This document shows, piece after piece, positions 50,727-60,484 of a stretch of 64,000 nucleotides of DNA. The DNA is from Nitrososphaerales archaeon (GTDB taxonomy: Archaea; Thermoproteota; Nitrososphaeria; Nitrososphaerales; UBA213): the NCBI GenBank assembly GCA_965197925.1, contig CBDAOC010000020.1:384001-448000 (forward strand), read 5' to 3'. Each line of letters begins with the position of its first letter. The stretch's first letter is position 1. The notes beneath the pieces are model-generated. The model saw only the letters and a list, made by a program, of their open reading frames with translations, was not told where the DNA came from and made no database searches. A program made the translations under genes and the position numbers.

Positions 50727-50797
50727 CGTCAGTCGAGATGCATTTCTTCATATCCTGGGTGTCCATAGGATCAGTGCAGGTTAGTCTCATCAAACAA
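50727..50797 (-). ncRNA. Box C/D guide sRNA candidate
   Basis: Minus strand: TTGATGA (C) + 12-nt GACTAACCTGCA + CTGA (D') + hairpin spacer + ATGAAGA (C') + 12-nt AATGCATCTCGA + CTGA (D). Confidence 0.75.
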
Positions 50798-50820
50798 TGT
50801 ATCTTACTCAAATGTCAAAT

Positions 50821-51350
50821 TTAACCTTTCGACTTGTATGCCAATATTGCATAAGCTGTTTTCGCATCCTGAATCTCGCCATTTAATATCATCTTAATAG
50901 CATCACTAATTTTTATCTTTATGATGGTAATTTGCTCATCTAAATCCATCTTATCACTCCCCGGTCCATTCAATTCGGTTGCGATGAAAAAATGTATCAT
51001 TTCAGTACAATAACCAGGAGTCATGTAACATTTCCCTAGGGGTTCAATCTTTCCAGCTTTGTATCCAGTCTCTTCAAAAAGCTCTCTCTTGTGGCACACT
51101 CTTTGGAACTTTCATCCTTTTCTAACATTCCAGCAGGGATTTCGTATAATTCTCTTCCAATTGCATGTCTGTACTGTTTTTCCATAATTATCATGCTACC
51201 AATTAATGGAAGAACGGCGGCAGATCCACCATGTTCAATAACTTCCCGTGTTGTTTCCCTTCCATTGATCTGCACCTAATCAACTCTAACACTAATTACC
51301 TGGCCATCGTATACGCGCTTGCTTTTAATCAGGTCTTTCCTTCTATCACC
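50821..51350 (-). pseudogene. NUDIX (ADP-ribose pyrophosphatase-like) hydrolase, disrupted
   Basis: EIPAG..E...ECATRE|LFEETG Nudix box split by a 2-nt insertion at about 51085; in-frame TAG at 51276-51278. Confidence 0.85.
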
Positions 51351-51386
51351 ACTATGCTTAAACATATCTGTCAACTCTTCAGAGGT

Positions 51387-51806
51387 ATGACGGTAACAAG
51401 CAAAACTATCAAAGTAGAAACCAAGGGAGAGTTAGAGATGATAAATATTACTAATTGTATTGAAACAGTTGTGAAGGAAAGCAAGATTAATGATGGGATT
51501 GCAACTATTTTCATTCCAGGATCAACTGCCTCTCTAACAACCATAGAATATGAGCCGGGACTACAGAGAGACTTTCCTAATATGCTGGAGAGGATAGCGC
51601 CAACGGATATAACTTATGAACACGAGCAAATATGGCATGATGGTAATGGACATTCTCATGTAAGAGCTTCACTTGTAGGGCCGTCATTAATAGTACCTTT
51701 CAAAGATAAGAAATTAACATTAGGTACATGGCAACAGGTTGTTGTGATTGAACTTGATACTAGAGACAGACATAGAAGTATCGTTGTAACACTTATTGGT
51801 GATTGA
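51387..51806 (+). CDS. yjbQ: YjbQ/UPF0047 family protein
   Basis: GSTASLTTIEYE, NGHSHVRASL, LGTWQ. Confidence 0.93.
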   Translation: MTVTSKTIKVETKGELEMINITNCIETVVKESKINDGIATIFIPGSTASLTTIEYEPGLQRDFPNMLERIAPTDITYEHEQIWHDGNGHSHVRASLVGPSLIVPFKDKKLTLGTWQQVVVIELDTRDRHRSIVVTLIGD

Positions 51807-51927
51807 TATCGACGAAATGAAACCAACTGCGTTAATTTTATGATATCATGGGGCTCAATCCTAATACTAATTGAATCTCATAGGTCGTAGCACCAAAGTT
51901 ATATTACTTCTATAGATACTGAACAAC

Positions 51928-52326
51928 ATGGAAGAAGAGATAGAAGTTCCCAAGTATGTTCGGCCAATAATGATGGAAGACGCTAAAGAAACAATTTTGG
52001 GGGATAGAAGGGGTGCGAGGAAGCAGTATCGTTATGGCAATTTACATATTAGAGAGTACAATGACAAGTATATTGTCCACTTGGATAAGATAGATCCTAG
52101 GAAAGATCCCTTGGGTCACTTGATAATAGATTCTCCAGATAAATTGATTGGAATTGTTTCATGTATTTGGATAGGTAAGAAGGTTGGTAGTGGTGTTTTC
52201 AATAAGAGTAAAGGAAGAAAAAAAAACGTATTGCTGGCAAGTCTACTAATGGGATCTCTGACATCTATAATTTTGGGATCTCTAGGTTACAATATTGGTC
52301 AAAAAATAAAGAAACAAGTGATCTAA
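51928..52326 (+). CDS. Hypothetical membrane protein
   Basis: QYRYGNLHIREY...DPRKDPLGHL, C-terminal hydrophobic helices; abuts the ABC1 kinase gene. Confidence 0.75.
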   Translation: MEEEIEVPKYVRPIMMEDAKETILGDRRGARKQYRYGNLHIREYNDKYIVHLDKIDPRKDPLGHLIIDSPDKLIGIVSCIWIGKKVGSGVFNKSKGRKKNVLLASLLMGSLTSIILGSLGYNIGQKIKKQVI

Positions 52327-53883
52327 ATGCCAAAGGCAGCAAGGAGAAGAGCCGTCAAAGTTGCATTAACTTTACTTCCTATTGCGTTCAATTTCAAACG
52401 AGACAGGAAGGAATGGGTGATAAAGAAAGGGAAGAATATCAACGAAGAAAAGTTTAGGAAGCATGCTAGAAAGGCTGTAAACTCTTTCATTAAACTTGGA
52501 CCATCTTTTGTAAAATTAGGACAGTGGCTTTCAACTAGGTCTGATCTTTTGCCAGAACCATACTTGGATGAGTTTGGGAAATTGCAGGATGACGTTACGC
52601 CAGCCCCCTTCGAGCAGGTAAAAGGAATTATTGAACAGGAAATTGGATCTATAGAAGAAACATTTGATTCGTTCGACACAACTTGTGTTTCTGGTGCAAG
52701 TCTTGGACAGGTATATAGAGCGAGTTACAGGAACAGCGAAATCATTGTAAAGGTGACTAGGCCTAATATTAGAGAAATTGTTGAGAGAGATATAGATGTT
52801 TTAAAGAAATTATTGCCATTGGCAATACGTTTTGTTGATAAAAATATAGCATTTTCTGCAGAATCAATGCTTGCCCAATTCATAGAGACGGTTAATGAGG
52901 AGATGGACTATAAGGTGGAAGCAGAGAACCTTATGAACATAAAGAAAAATCTATCGGATGAGGTGAAGGTAATAATCCCCAATGTATATTCTGATAAAAG
53001 TACCAGCAAGGTTCTGATTTTACAATATATTCCAGGAGTAAAGGTTACAGACACAAAAAAATTGGATCAAATGGGAATAGATAAGTCTAAACTTGTGATC
53101 AGGGTTCATAAACTATTCTTCAAGATGCTTCTTAGACATGATTTATTTCATGCAGACCCTCATCCTGGAAACATTGCTGTTACGGATAATGGTTCGATCG
53201 TACTATATGACTTTGGAATGGTGGGAAAGCTTGACAACGAGACAAGACTGAAACTCGTTCGATTATACCTTTCACTTGTAGAGAAGGAGCCTTCAAGGAC
53301 AGTAAATGTTTTGCTTGACCTTGGTGCACTGTCGCCAGAAGCCAATAGGTATGTTGTTGAAAAAGGAATAAGTTTTGCTATACGAGAGATTCATGGGAAA
53401 AAGATAGATAATATGGAAGTTAAAGCATTAATGGAGCTTGCCAATAAGACACTGACGAGGTTCCCATTTAGGCTACCAAAGCAGCTTGCACTTTATATGA
53501 GGATGGCGTCTATGCTTGAAGGAATTTATGTCACTCTAAAAGTAGAGTTTCAATTTGTTAAGGTATTGAAGTTACTACTTGAGGAAGAGGGTCTTATGAG
53601 GGAAGCTTATATTGAGGAAGTAAAGGATACCTTTACAAGATTTGCAAGAGCGTTTAATGATTCAATGATAGTTGCTCCATTACTAAAATCATACTTAGAG
53701 AATCCTAATATTATGAATGGTAGACATAATAAAAATACATTATTCGCTGGCAGTGTTCTAACATCTTCTGTGATAATAGGTTCATCTATCATAATGCAAA
53801 CAAATCCGATATTGGGCAAGATCGGATTAGTGACGTCAATTGCGATTATTGGAATCTCTATAATATTTAACAGAAGAGGATGA
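52327..53883 (+). CDS. AarF/UbiB/ABC1 atypical kinase
   Basis: LGPSFVKLGQ, ASLGQVY, HADPHPGN, DFGMVG, C-terminal TMs. Confidence 0.95.
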   Translation: MPKAARRRAVKVALTLLPIAFNFKRDRKEWVIKKGKNINEEKFRKHARKAVNSFIKLGPSFVKLGQWLSTRSDLLPEPYLDEFGKLQDDVTPAPFEQVKGIIEQEIGSIEETFDSFDTTCVSGASLGQVYRASYRNSEIIVKVTRPNIREIVERDIDVLKKLLPLAIRFVDKNIAFSAESMLAQFIETVNEEMDYKVEAENLMNIKKNLSDEVKVIIPNVYSDKSTSKVLILQYIPGVKVTDTKKLDQMGIDKSKLVIRVHKLFFKMLLRHDLFHADPHPGNIAVTDNGSIVLYDFGMVGKLDNETRLKLVRLYLSLVEKEPSRTVNVLLDLGALSPEANRYVVEKGISFAIREIHGKKIDNMEVKALMELANKTLTRFPFRLPKQLALYMRMASMLEGIYVTLKVEFQFVKVLKLLLEEEGLMREAYIEEVKDTFTRFARAFNDSMIVAPLLKSYLENPNIMNGRHNKNTLFAGSVLTSSVIIGSSIIMQTNPILGKIGLVTSIAIIGISIIFNRRG

Positions 53884-54270
53884 TTAATGTATTGATATTG
53901 TGCCACTGCCGCTAATCGGTATGCGTATCTCAAGTTCACCATTTTCATACTTTGCTTTCCCAAGAGCTTCATCGCCTTCCTTGATTTTTATAGGTAAATG
54001 TAACTTTTTTTCAATCTTCAGTGGTCTCTGCTGCCAGTGTGAACTTCCTGTATGCTCTACTATATCTCTTGTTGCACTGATAAGAAGTATGTTCCCATTT
54101 ATTTTTAAAGTAATATTCTTCTTATCAAACCCAGCAAGATCAGCAATAATAACCAGTTCATTGCCATCCTCCACAATATCAATAGGCGGAGAGACAAATT
54201 CGAAGAATTCCCTAGACTTGTTGCTTATATCTTTCATGATCTCTTTAACCACGTATCTTCCCAATCCCAT
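53884..54270 (-). CDS. Small heat-shock protein (Hsp20/alpha-crystallin)
   Basis: PPIDIVE, ADLAGF, AKYENGELEIRIP. Confidence 0.92.
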   Translation of the reverse strand: MGLGRYVVKEIMKDISNKSREFFEFVSPPIDIVEDGNELVIIADLAGFDKKNITLKINGNILLISATRDIVEHTGSSHWQQRPLKIEKKLHLPIKIKEGDEALGKAKYENGELEIRIPISGSGTISIH

Positions 54271-54581
54271 AGATTATCTTATTCTTTGCTGCACATACGT
54301 TATAATTTTATCGTTTCCCTCAGGATGAAGAGGTTGAAGCAAAAAAAGCAAGTTGTTGATTCATTTTCAAGGCTTATGGTTTTCTTTCTTAAAGGTTTGT
54401 CTAAGAGTATTGAAATTAACACAGTTTGGACCTGGGAATGATGTCTCCAGGCCCCATTTCTTACATAGTAAATTATATATCATCTTGGTTCGCTAAGATC
54501 AAGAACTGCTAAAGATAGTTAACCTACACTTCTAAACTTTATGACTCGGTATAATTAATACAGTAATGGATACCAAAAGGC

Positions 54582-55064
54582 ATGCGAAGAAAACGATCTA
54601 GAAGAGTGGTAGCAGTTATAGCTATTGCAGTTATTATAGGCATGGTAATGGTATTTTCATATTTTGGTGTGGAAGCTGCAAAGAACGTAGATGTTTCACT
54701 ACAAGATTCTACGGTTTTATCTAAAGATGATCATCATACTATATATGATGTCACTGTTCAATTTAGGAATACCAGTATTATACCCCTAATTGTGGGTGAC
54801 ACAATTTACAACATTAATGTAGATGGAGATGTTCTTGGAAGAGGGATGATAAAATCGTTCATGATCGGATCATACGACACTATTCTGGTAAATTCTGAAT
54901 TCAAGGCTAACAATATCGTTCTAGATCGTTTTAGTGATGATATTGGGTTCGAGGAGACATATCTTATTGGTACAACGAACTACGATTTGTACTTCACTGT
55001 ATTCGATGTATCATTCAACCACAATCCGACTGAGGATCAGTTAAAGAAATTTGTCTACAAGTAG
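54582..55064 (+). CDS. Membrane-anchored LEA_2/WHy-like protein
   Basis: N-terminal TM; F.N.S.IPL.V....Y.I.VDG..LG.G pattern. Confidence 0.65.
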   Translation: MRRKRSRRVVAVIAIAVIIGMVMVFSYFGVEAAKNVDVSLQDSTVLSKDDHHTIYDVTVQFRNTSIIPLIVGDTIYNINVDGDVLGRGMIKSFMIGSYDTILVNSEFKANNIVLDRFSDDIGFEETYLIGTTNYDLYFTVFDVSFNHNPTEDQLKKFVYK

Positions 55065-55096
55065 AAGTTTTTATTTCCCCATAAATTAAAGATCAT

Positions 55097-55956
55097 ATGC
55101 TAAAAGAAATAATCAAAAAATCATACTTAGTGACGGATACGGAATTTTCTTTTTTAATCAAAAATGTGTATTCAACGCAAAGGCGGGAGAAAAGTGAGGG
55201 TCTTATAGGTGATTCAGTAGTGAAGGATGGACTTGTTAGGGTCAAACAGGGACGAAAGTTAATACTTGTGGGCGATCTGCATGGCGATATGCAAACTTTA
55301 GCCGCAATACTGCAGAAGAGCGGTTTTTGAACGATTTTTCAAACAAAATAATATTCTTAGGTGATTATAGAGATAGAGGAGTTGAGTCTGTTGAAGTGTG
55401 TTGTGTAATACTTTTCCTGAAAGAAAAATATCCTGATCGAGTGATTCTCATGCGAGGTAACCATGAAGGTCCATACAGCATGCCATTTCACCCTCACGAT
55501 CTTCCAGATCAGTTCAAGAAGAAATTTGGTAAAACTGGTCAATTGTTGTATAGAGAGCTACACTCTTCGTTTGGCCTAATGTATAATGGGGTTATTCTTG
55601 AGAATTCATATATTATATTACACGGCGGTGTGCCAACGAATTTTAAAACTTTAACTGATGTAGAGACGGCAGACAAGACAAATGAAGAAACGCGGTACTT
55701 GGAAGAAATAGTATGGAATGATCCTAGAGAAATAGAAGGTTCACAGCTCTCTGGTAGGGGATATGGTAAATATTTCGGTAAGGATATAACAGAAAGGGCC
55801 TTGGAAATATTTAATGGGAAGGCGTTAATAAGAGCACATGAGGTATGCAATGGATTTAAGGTCAACCATGAGGGAATGGTCCTTACTATATTTTCAAGCA
55901 AGGCGCCATACAGGAACAAAAATGCCGCTTATCTGGTAATTGACAAGAATAGTTAA
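55097..55956 (+). pseudogene. PPP-family Ser/Thr phosphatase (metallophosphoesterase) split by a frameshift
   Basis: GDLHG in ORF1; GDYRDRG, RGNHE, HGG, WNDP, RAHE in ORF2; junction at a T5 run near 55324-55328. Confidence 0.85.
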
Positions 55957-56025
55957 AACTTTAATGCTGAAGAATTGTAGAAAAAAGCAGAATTAATCTG
56001 AAAGTATTATGGAGGGTTTGGAGAG

Positions 56026-56613
56026 ATGTTGATTGTAATAGAAGGAAGCGATAAAGCTGGGAAAGCTACACAGACACAGTTGCTTAAGGAAGATTTGGAA
56101 ATGCAGGGTATGAGCGTAGGTACCCTCGCATTTCCGGTTTACACTACTAGGATAGGGAAAGAGATTAAAGCGTTTTTGAGTGGTGAGAGAGAATATCAGG
56201 GGCAAATCAAGCATATGCTATTATCCGCAAATAGATGGGAGAAGAAGGTTGAGATAGAAAGAATGTTGAAGGAAAAAAATCATGTCATATTGAACAGGTA
56301 CTATCAGTCGAACTTGGTGTATGGCTTGGCAAGCAGTTTAAGATTGGAATGGTTATTTTCACTGGATGAAGGTTTGCCCAAGGAAGATATTGTCATAGTG
56401 TTAGATGTTGTCGCAGAAGTTTCCAAACGCAGGATAGCACAGAGAGGAGATATTTTTGAGATGGATGACATTATGATGCAGGGTGTATCAACATTATATA
56501 GAGAGCTCGCTGTTAGATATGGATGGATTTTGGTTAATGGTGACAGAGGTAGGGAGGATATTCATAAGGAAATAATGCGAATTGTAGAATATGAAATAAA
56601 ACAAAAACATTAA
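56026..56613 (+). CDS. tmk: Thymidylate kinase
   Basis: VIEGSDKAGKATQ, FP.Y, SANRWE, NRYYQS..YG. Confidence 0.93.
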   Translation: MLIVIEGSDKAGKATQTQLLKEDLEMQGMSVGTLAFPVYTTRIGKEIKAFLSGEREYQGQIKHMLLSANRWEKKVEIERMLKEKNHVILNRYYQSNLVYGLASSLRLEWLFSLDEGLPKEDIVIVLDVVAEVSKRRIAQRGDIFEMDDIMMQGVSTLYRELAVRYGWILVNGDRGREDIHKEIMRIVEYEIKQKH

Positions 56614-56638
56614 GACCATATGTTACTGATTTAATGGT

Positions 56639-57931
56639 ATGGTATTCACTTCTGTAAGTGAAATAAGTGATCCTATTCATGGTTATGTCTATTTATCCGA
56701 AGTTGAGCGCGATGTCATTGATACACGTATTTTTCAGCGTCTACGTAGAATAAGGCAGCTTGCAGGGGCTCACTTAACCTATCCAGCCGCACAGCATTCC
56801 AGATTTGAACATTCATTGGGAACAATGCACCTTGCCGGGCTCGCTGGAAATGTGTTGTTAAACAAAGGATACCTGGGTGAAGATAAGATTCAGATTCTCA
56901 GGCTTGCAGGCTTGTTACATGATGTTGGTCATGGACCCTTCTCACATTTATTCGAAGAAGTGTTGGTAGAAAGCACTAATACAACTCACGAAGATATTGG
57001 AAAGAAAATAGTACGACAAACAGAAATTAGGGACATTCTTGGTAGACATGGTTTTGATGCAAATTCAATCTCCATGCTTTCTTTTGGGGAATCTAAGATA
57101 TCTTTTTTTAACGAAATAATTGCTGGTGGGCTTAGTGCGGATATTATGGACTACCTAAAAAGAGATTCTTACTTTACGGGTACAGAATATGGAAAGATAG
57201 ACGCAGAACGTATAATAAGTGCCTTTGAAGTTCATAATAACAAGTTAGCAATTGATAAAGCCGCTTTATATTCATTTGAGTCAATGATGATATCTAGATA
57301 TGAAATGTTCAAAGCGGTTTACTTTCATAAGACTGTGCGATCAGCAGAAGTAATGATGCTACGTTCCATGATACTCGCGGAAGATGAATTACATCTTACT
57401 GATATTTCGTTGGACAAATATGTTGAACTTACGGATGATGCTACAATGGTTCAATTGATTGCATTGGAATCAAAGGACGGACCGTTGAAGTTTGCAGCGA
57501 AACTAGCCAGAGATTACAGAGATAGGAAATTGTTGAAATGTGTCTACGAAAAAATTTTGCGTAAAAGCGACAACATAGTTAGAAACGTACTAAACAAAAA
57601 ATTGCTGAAGAATATAAGTGAAGAAATTGCGGACAGTGCAGGGGTGGATCCAAACCATGTTTACATTGATGCCTCGAAGACACCCTCTGTACCGTTAACA
57701 CCTACAAAAGAAGAGCCCGATGTGGTAGTGTTAGTAGCCAAAGATGTTAATGGAAAGAAGATTAACCATATCTTACCGATTAACGAAATCCCGTTGATAA
57801 GCTCTATTTCGGGTTTCATGGATATGATAAGAGTTTATACGACAAATGAAAGTAGGGTTAAAGTGGAAGAAGATGTGAAAAAGGTTTTAGGCACAGGTAT
57901 GGAATCATGGTATGAAAAAGTCAGTATGTAA
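56639..57931 (+). CDS. HD-domain phosphohydrolase (dNTP triphosphohydrolase/SAMHD1-like)
   Basis: DPIHG, FQRLRRIRQL, HSRFEHSLG, LLHDVGHGPFSH, DYLKRD, VYFHK. Confidence 0.9.
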   Translation: MVFTSVSEISDPIHGYVYLSEVERDVIDTRIFQRLRRIRQLAGAHLTYPAAQHSRFEHSLGTMHLAGLAGNVLLNKGYLGEDKIQILRLAGLLHDVGHGPFSHLFEEVLVESTNTTHEDIGKKIVRQTEIRDILGRHGFDANSISMLSFGESKISFFNEIIAGGLSADIMDYLKRDSYFTGTEYGKIDAERIISAFEVHNNKLAIDKAALYSFESMMISRYEMFKAVYFHKTVRSAEVMMLRSMILAEDELHLTDISLDKYVELTDDATMVQLIALESKDGPLKFAAKLARDYRDRKLLKCVYEKILRKSDNIVRNVLNKKLLKNISEEIADSAGVDPNHVYIDASKTPSVPLTPTKEEPDVVVLVAKDVNGKKINHILPINEIPLISSISGFMDMIRVYTTNESRVKVEEDVKKVLGTGMESWYEKVSM

Positions 57932-57944
57932 TAGGGTTTTTAGA

Positions 57945-58622
57945 ATGAAAAAGCGCATTGTAATTAAATTAAGTGGGCGTGTATTCAATCAAACTGCAAA
58001 CAAGAAATCATTGGGGAGTTATGCAAGAATGCTGAAATCAGTCAGCAAAAAAATACAGCCTATTGTTATAGCTGGTGGTGGAACTATTGCAAGACACTAT
58101 ATTAATATTGCACGTGAACTAGGTGCCGACGAAGCTAGTTTAGATGAATTAGGTATTGAAGTATCGAGGTTAAACGCACAACTGCTTGTACATGCATTGG
58201 GTAATGCTGCTTATGCACATATTCCGAAAAATTTACATGATGTTCTTGTGGCTGTGGAAACTGGTAAGATAGTGATTGCAGGTGGATTACATCCAGGTCA
58301 GAGTACAAATGCAACATCTGCACAGATAGCTGAGAAGATTGAAGCTAGCATGTTCATCAATGCGACTGATGTGGATGGTATCTATAATACAGACCCCAAC
58401 AAACAAAATGATGCAAAGCTATTCCGGTCAATAACTGTGAATAAATTGCGAAATATAATTGCTGAAGAAAGTACAATGGCCGGAGAATACGATTTAATGG
58501 ATATAGTTGCATTGAAAGTTATTGAAAGATCTAAAATAAATACAAGAGTAGTAAAATCAGAACCAAATGTCATAAAACTTGCCCTTGGAGGAGTGAATGT
58601 TGGTACTAATATAATTACTTGA
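57945..58622 (+). CDS. pyrH: UMP kinase
   Basis: VIKLSG, AGGG..AR.YI, PGQSTN, TDVDGIY..DP. Confidence 0.95.
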   Translation: MKKRIVIKLSGRVFNQTANKKSLGSYARMLKSVSKKIQPIVIAGGGTIARHYINIARELGADEASLDELGIEVSRLNAQLLVHALGNAAYAHIPKNLHDVLVAVETGKIVIAGGLHPGQSTNATSAQIAEKIEASMFINATDVDGIYNTDPNKQNDAKLFRSITVNKLRNIIAEESTMAGEYDLMDIVALKVIERSKINTRVVKSEPNVIKLALGGVNVGTNIIT

Positions 58623-58935
58623 CAGGTTTCATTTTTTCCTTGAATTCCTTGAAACCGTCGTTCAGCATTTTTTCAAAAATTTTCTTTGCACTTTCTGTCT
58701 GTAGTGGTTTTGTTTGTGCTTTAGCATAGCCATCAGAATCACATATTACAACTAGTATATTGCCTTCTTCACCTTCTTCCATAGCTATTAGATCTTCTTC
58801 ACCAACTGGTTCAAACCCATGGGTTACCTCTTTCACTGTTTTTGTGAGGAATGCAAAACCGGAATATTCAAAAAGTTTATGCTGTGCCTTTCTTGCTCTC
58901 TGTTGTCCCATCATCACTGCTTTGTAATATTGCAT
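58615..58935 (-). CDS. Hypothetical protein
   Basis: 106-aa ORF with normal composition, converging on pyrH. Confidence 0.75.
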   Translation of the reverse strand: MQYYKAVMMGQQRARKAQHKLFEYSGFAFLTKTVKEVTHGFEPVGEEDLIAMEEGEEGNILVVICDSDGYAKAQTKPLQTESAKKIFEKMLNDGFKEFKEKMKPVK

Positions 58936-59003
58936 ACGATCAATTCACACCCACTATGTAAAAGCCTTTTTCACATTGCCATGTGAAAACTTTAAAAGGT
59001 AAA

Positions 59004-59546
59004 ATGAAATCTAATCAAAATGTGCTTAACAAGGGCATTATCGTTTCCATAGCTGGTGGTGCGGCTGTTATTATAGTATTTGTGGTGATGATTTACACAG
59101 GTCTATTACATTTGCCTTCTCAAAATCAACAAACTTTTGTAATTAAGGATGTCATATTAGATTTAAGAGGAGTTACCATTGTTTTGGCAGATGAAGAGAA
59201 AATTCTAATCGAGGTAGCTTTTGATGCTTTCAACCCCAATAGAAGCTCTGTTGTTCTGGAGTCAATACAGTATAAATTATATGCAGATGGAATAACAGTA
59301 GCAGGCTCAGAAATAGGTGAAAGAGCAGAAGGTTTCTTAACGGGAACTGGTAAGACTTTTACTATGTACGGTGAGTTTTCCTTCGCTCTTAAGGACAAAG
59401 TTGAAGTAAAAAAAACTGAATTGCTTATCCCGTTATGGAACGATCTTCGAAACAACGATGTTCAATGGCGTGTTAGCGGCACATTCTTCGTTACTGATCC
59501 AATAAGAGTCGGTGGAAAGGATTTAGACTTTGATTTTGTAACGTAA
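59004..59546 (+). CDS. Membrane-anchored LEA_2/WHy-like protein
   Basis: N-terminal TM; F.AFNPN...V.L..I.Y.L.ADG; start uncertain. Confidence 0.7.
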   Translation: MKSNQNVLNKGIIVSIAGGAAVIIVFVVMIYTGLLHLPSQNQQTFVIKDVILDLRGVTIVLADEEKILIEVAFDAFNPNRSSVVLESIQYKLYADGITVAGSEIGERAEGFLTGTGKTFTMYGEFSFALKDKVEVKKTELLIPLWNDLRNNDVQWRVSGTFFVTDPIRVGGKDLDFDFVT

Positions 59547-59550
59547 TTTA

Positions 59551-60204
59551 TTATCTACTCTTCTCGAATCCCAGCAATCTTTCCAGTGTTAAATTAGAGT
59601 ACTTTTTTTGTTCTATGTAGCATCTGCCATAGTACGGACATGTTAGACAGGTTTTTGAGGGTTCAAGTATGGGTATTTTTTCATCCTTAAGAAGTGTGCT
59701 GAATACCCTAGCTCTCCTTAGAGTTTCCTCAAACATCTGCTTGTCCTTAGTGAATGCAAATTCTACCGACTTGCCACCATTAGTTAAATAAACAACTATA
59801 CCCTCCATCTTGTCAAAAATCCAAATAACTGCATTTAAATTCAAAAGATCTTTAGGATAAGGTCTCTTCGGCAATTTACTTACTATCTCAAATATAATTA
59901 CTATATCATCAACAATTGTATCTGCATAGCCCTCCAGTGAAAGGTCTGAATCTATATAATAGTGTGTTTTTACGCCACTTTTGATTGACTTTCGAATACC
60001 ATTATTGATTATTATAGAGACTTTTTGCCTGCTGGTTGGATGAAGGGGGTTCTTTCTATCATAGTACGCCCTGCGAAGGCAAGTTATAACTTCCTTTAAA
60101 TGCAACCTTCCGTAATTGGTTTTATCTATTTGTGAATTAAGATCGTGGTAAATATCATCCATTGTCTGAAGTATTATATCCTTCAGATTCCTGTCTCCTA
60201 GCAT
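59551..60204 (-). CDS. Solo Cas4-like PD-(D/E)xK-fold protein with Fe-S cysteines
   Basis: TCLRRAYY plus C-terminal CLTCPYYGRC; G.AD present; no cas1/cas2 or array nearby. Confidence 0.75.
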   Translation of the reverse strand: MLGDRNLKDIILQTMDDIYHDLNSQIDKTNYGRLHLKEVITCLRRAYYDRKNPLHPTSRQKVSIIINNGIRKSIKSGVKTHYYIDSDLSLEGYADTIVDDIVIIFEIVSKLPKRPYPKDLLNLNAVIWIFDKMEGIVVYLTNGGKSVEFAFTKDKQMFEETLRRARVFSTLLKDEKIPILEPSKTCLTCPYYGRCYIEQKKYSNLTLERLLGFEKSR

Positions 60205-60257
60205 GCTTCCAATATGTGATTTTATTTAATTAATATTGTGCATGCCAGGTTCAGGTC

Positions 60258-60285
60258 AAATATACTTTATGAAATATACTTTATG
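60258..60285. repeat. Exact 14-bp tandem duplication
   Basis: AAATATACTTTATG x2. Confidence 0.9.
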
Positions 60286-60484
60286 ATTAAGAGTTATTAT
60301 GCCTCTAAATTATTTGAGGTGCTGGAGGAACTAAAATTTGCCTTCTAATTGTTAATATTTCATTCTACAAACTTCCTTTCGGGGTAACAAGAGGTTCAAA
60401 GACAGTATAATCCTATCAGAGCATAAAGCTTTCAGAATCCAAAATGTTATCCTTATGATAGATTGAAATTAACAACACTCCGAA

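Noticed and set aside
29922..60320. TTATTTGAGGT shared by 29922 and 60310 as a possible IS terminus
   Set aside because: Only 11 bp of AT-rich identity; no partner end or transposase near 60310.
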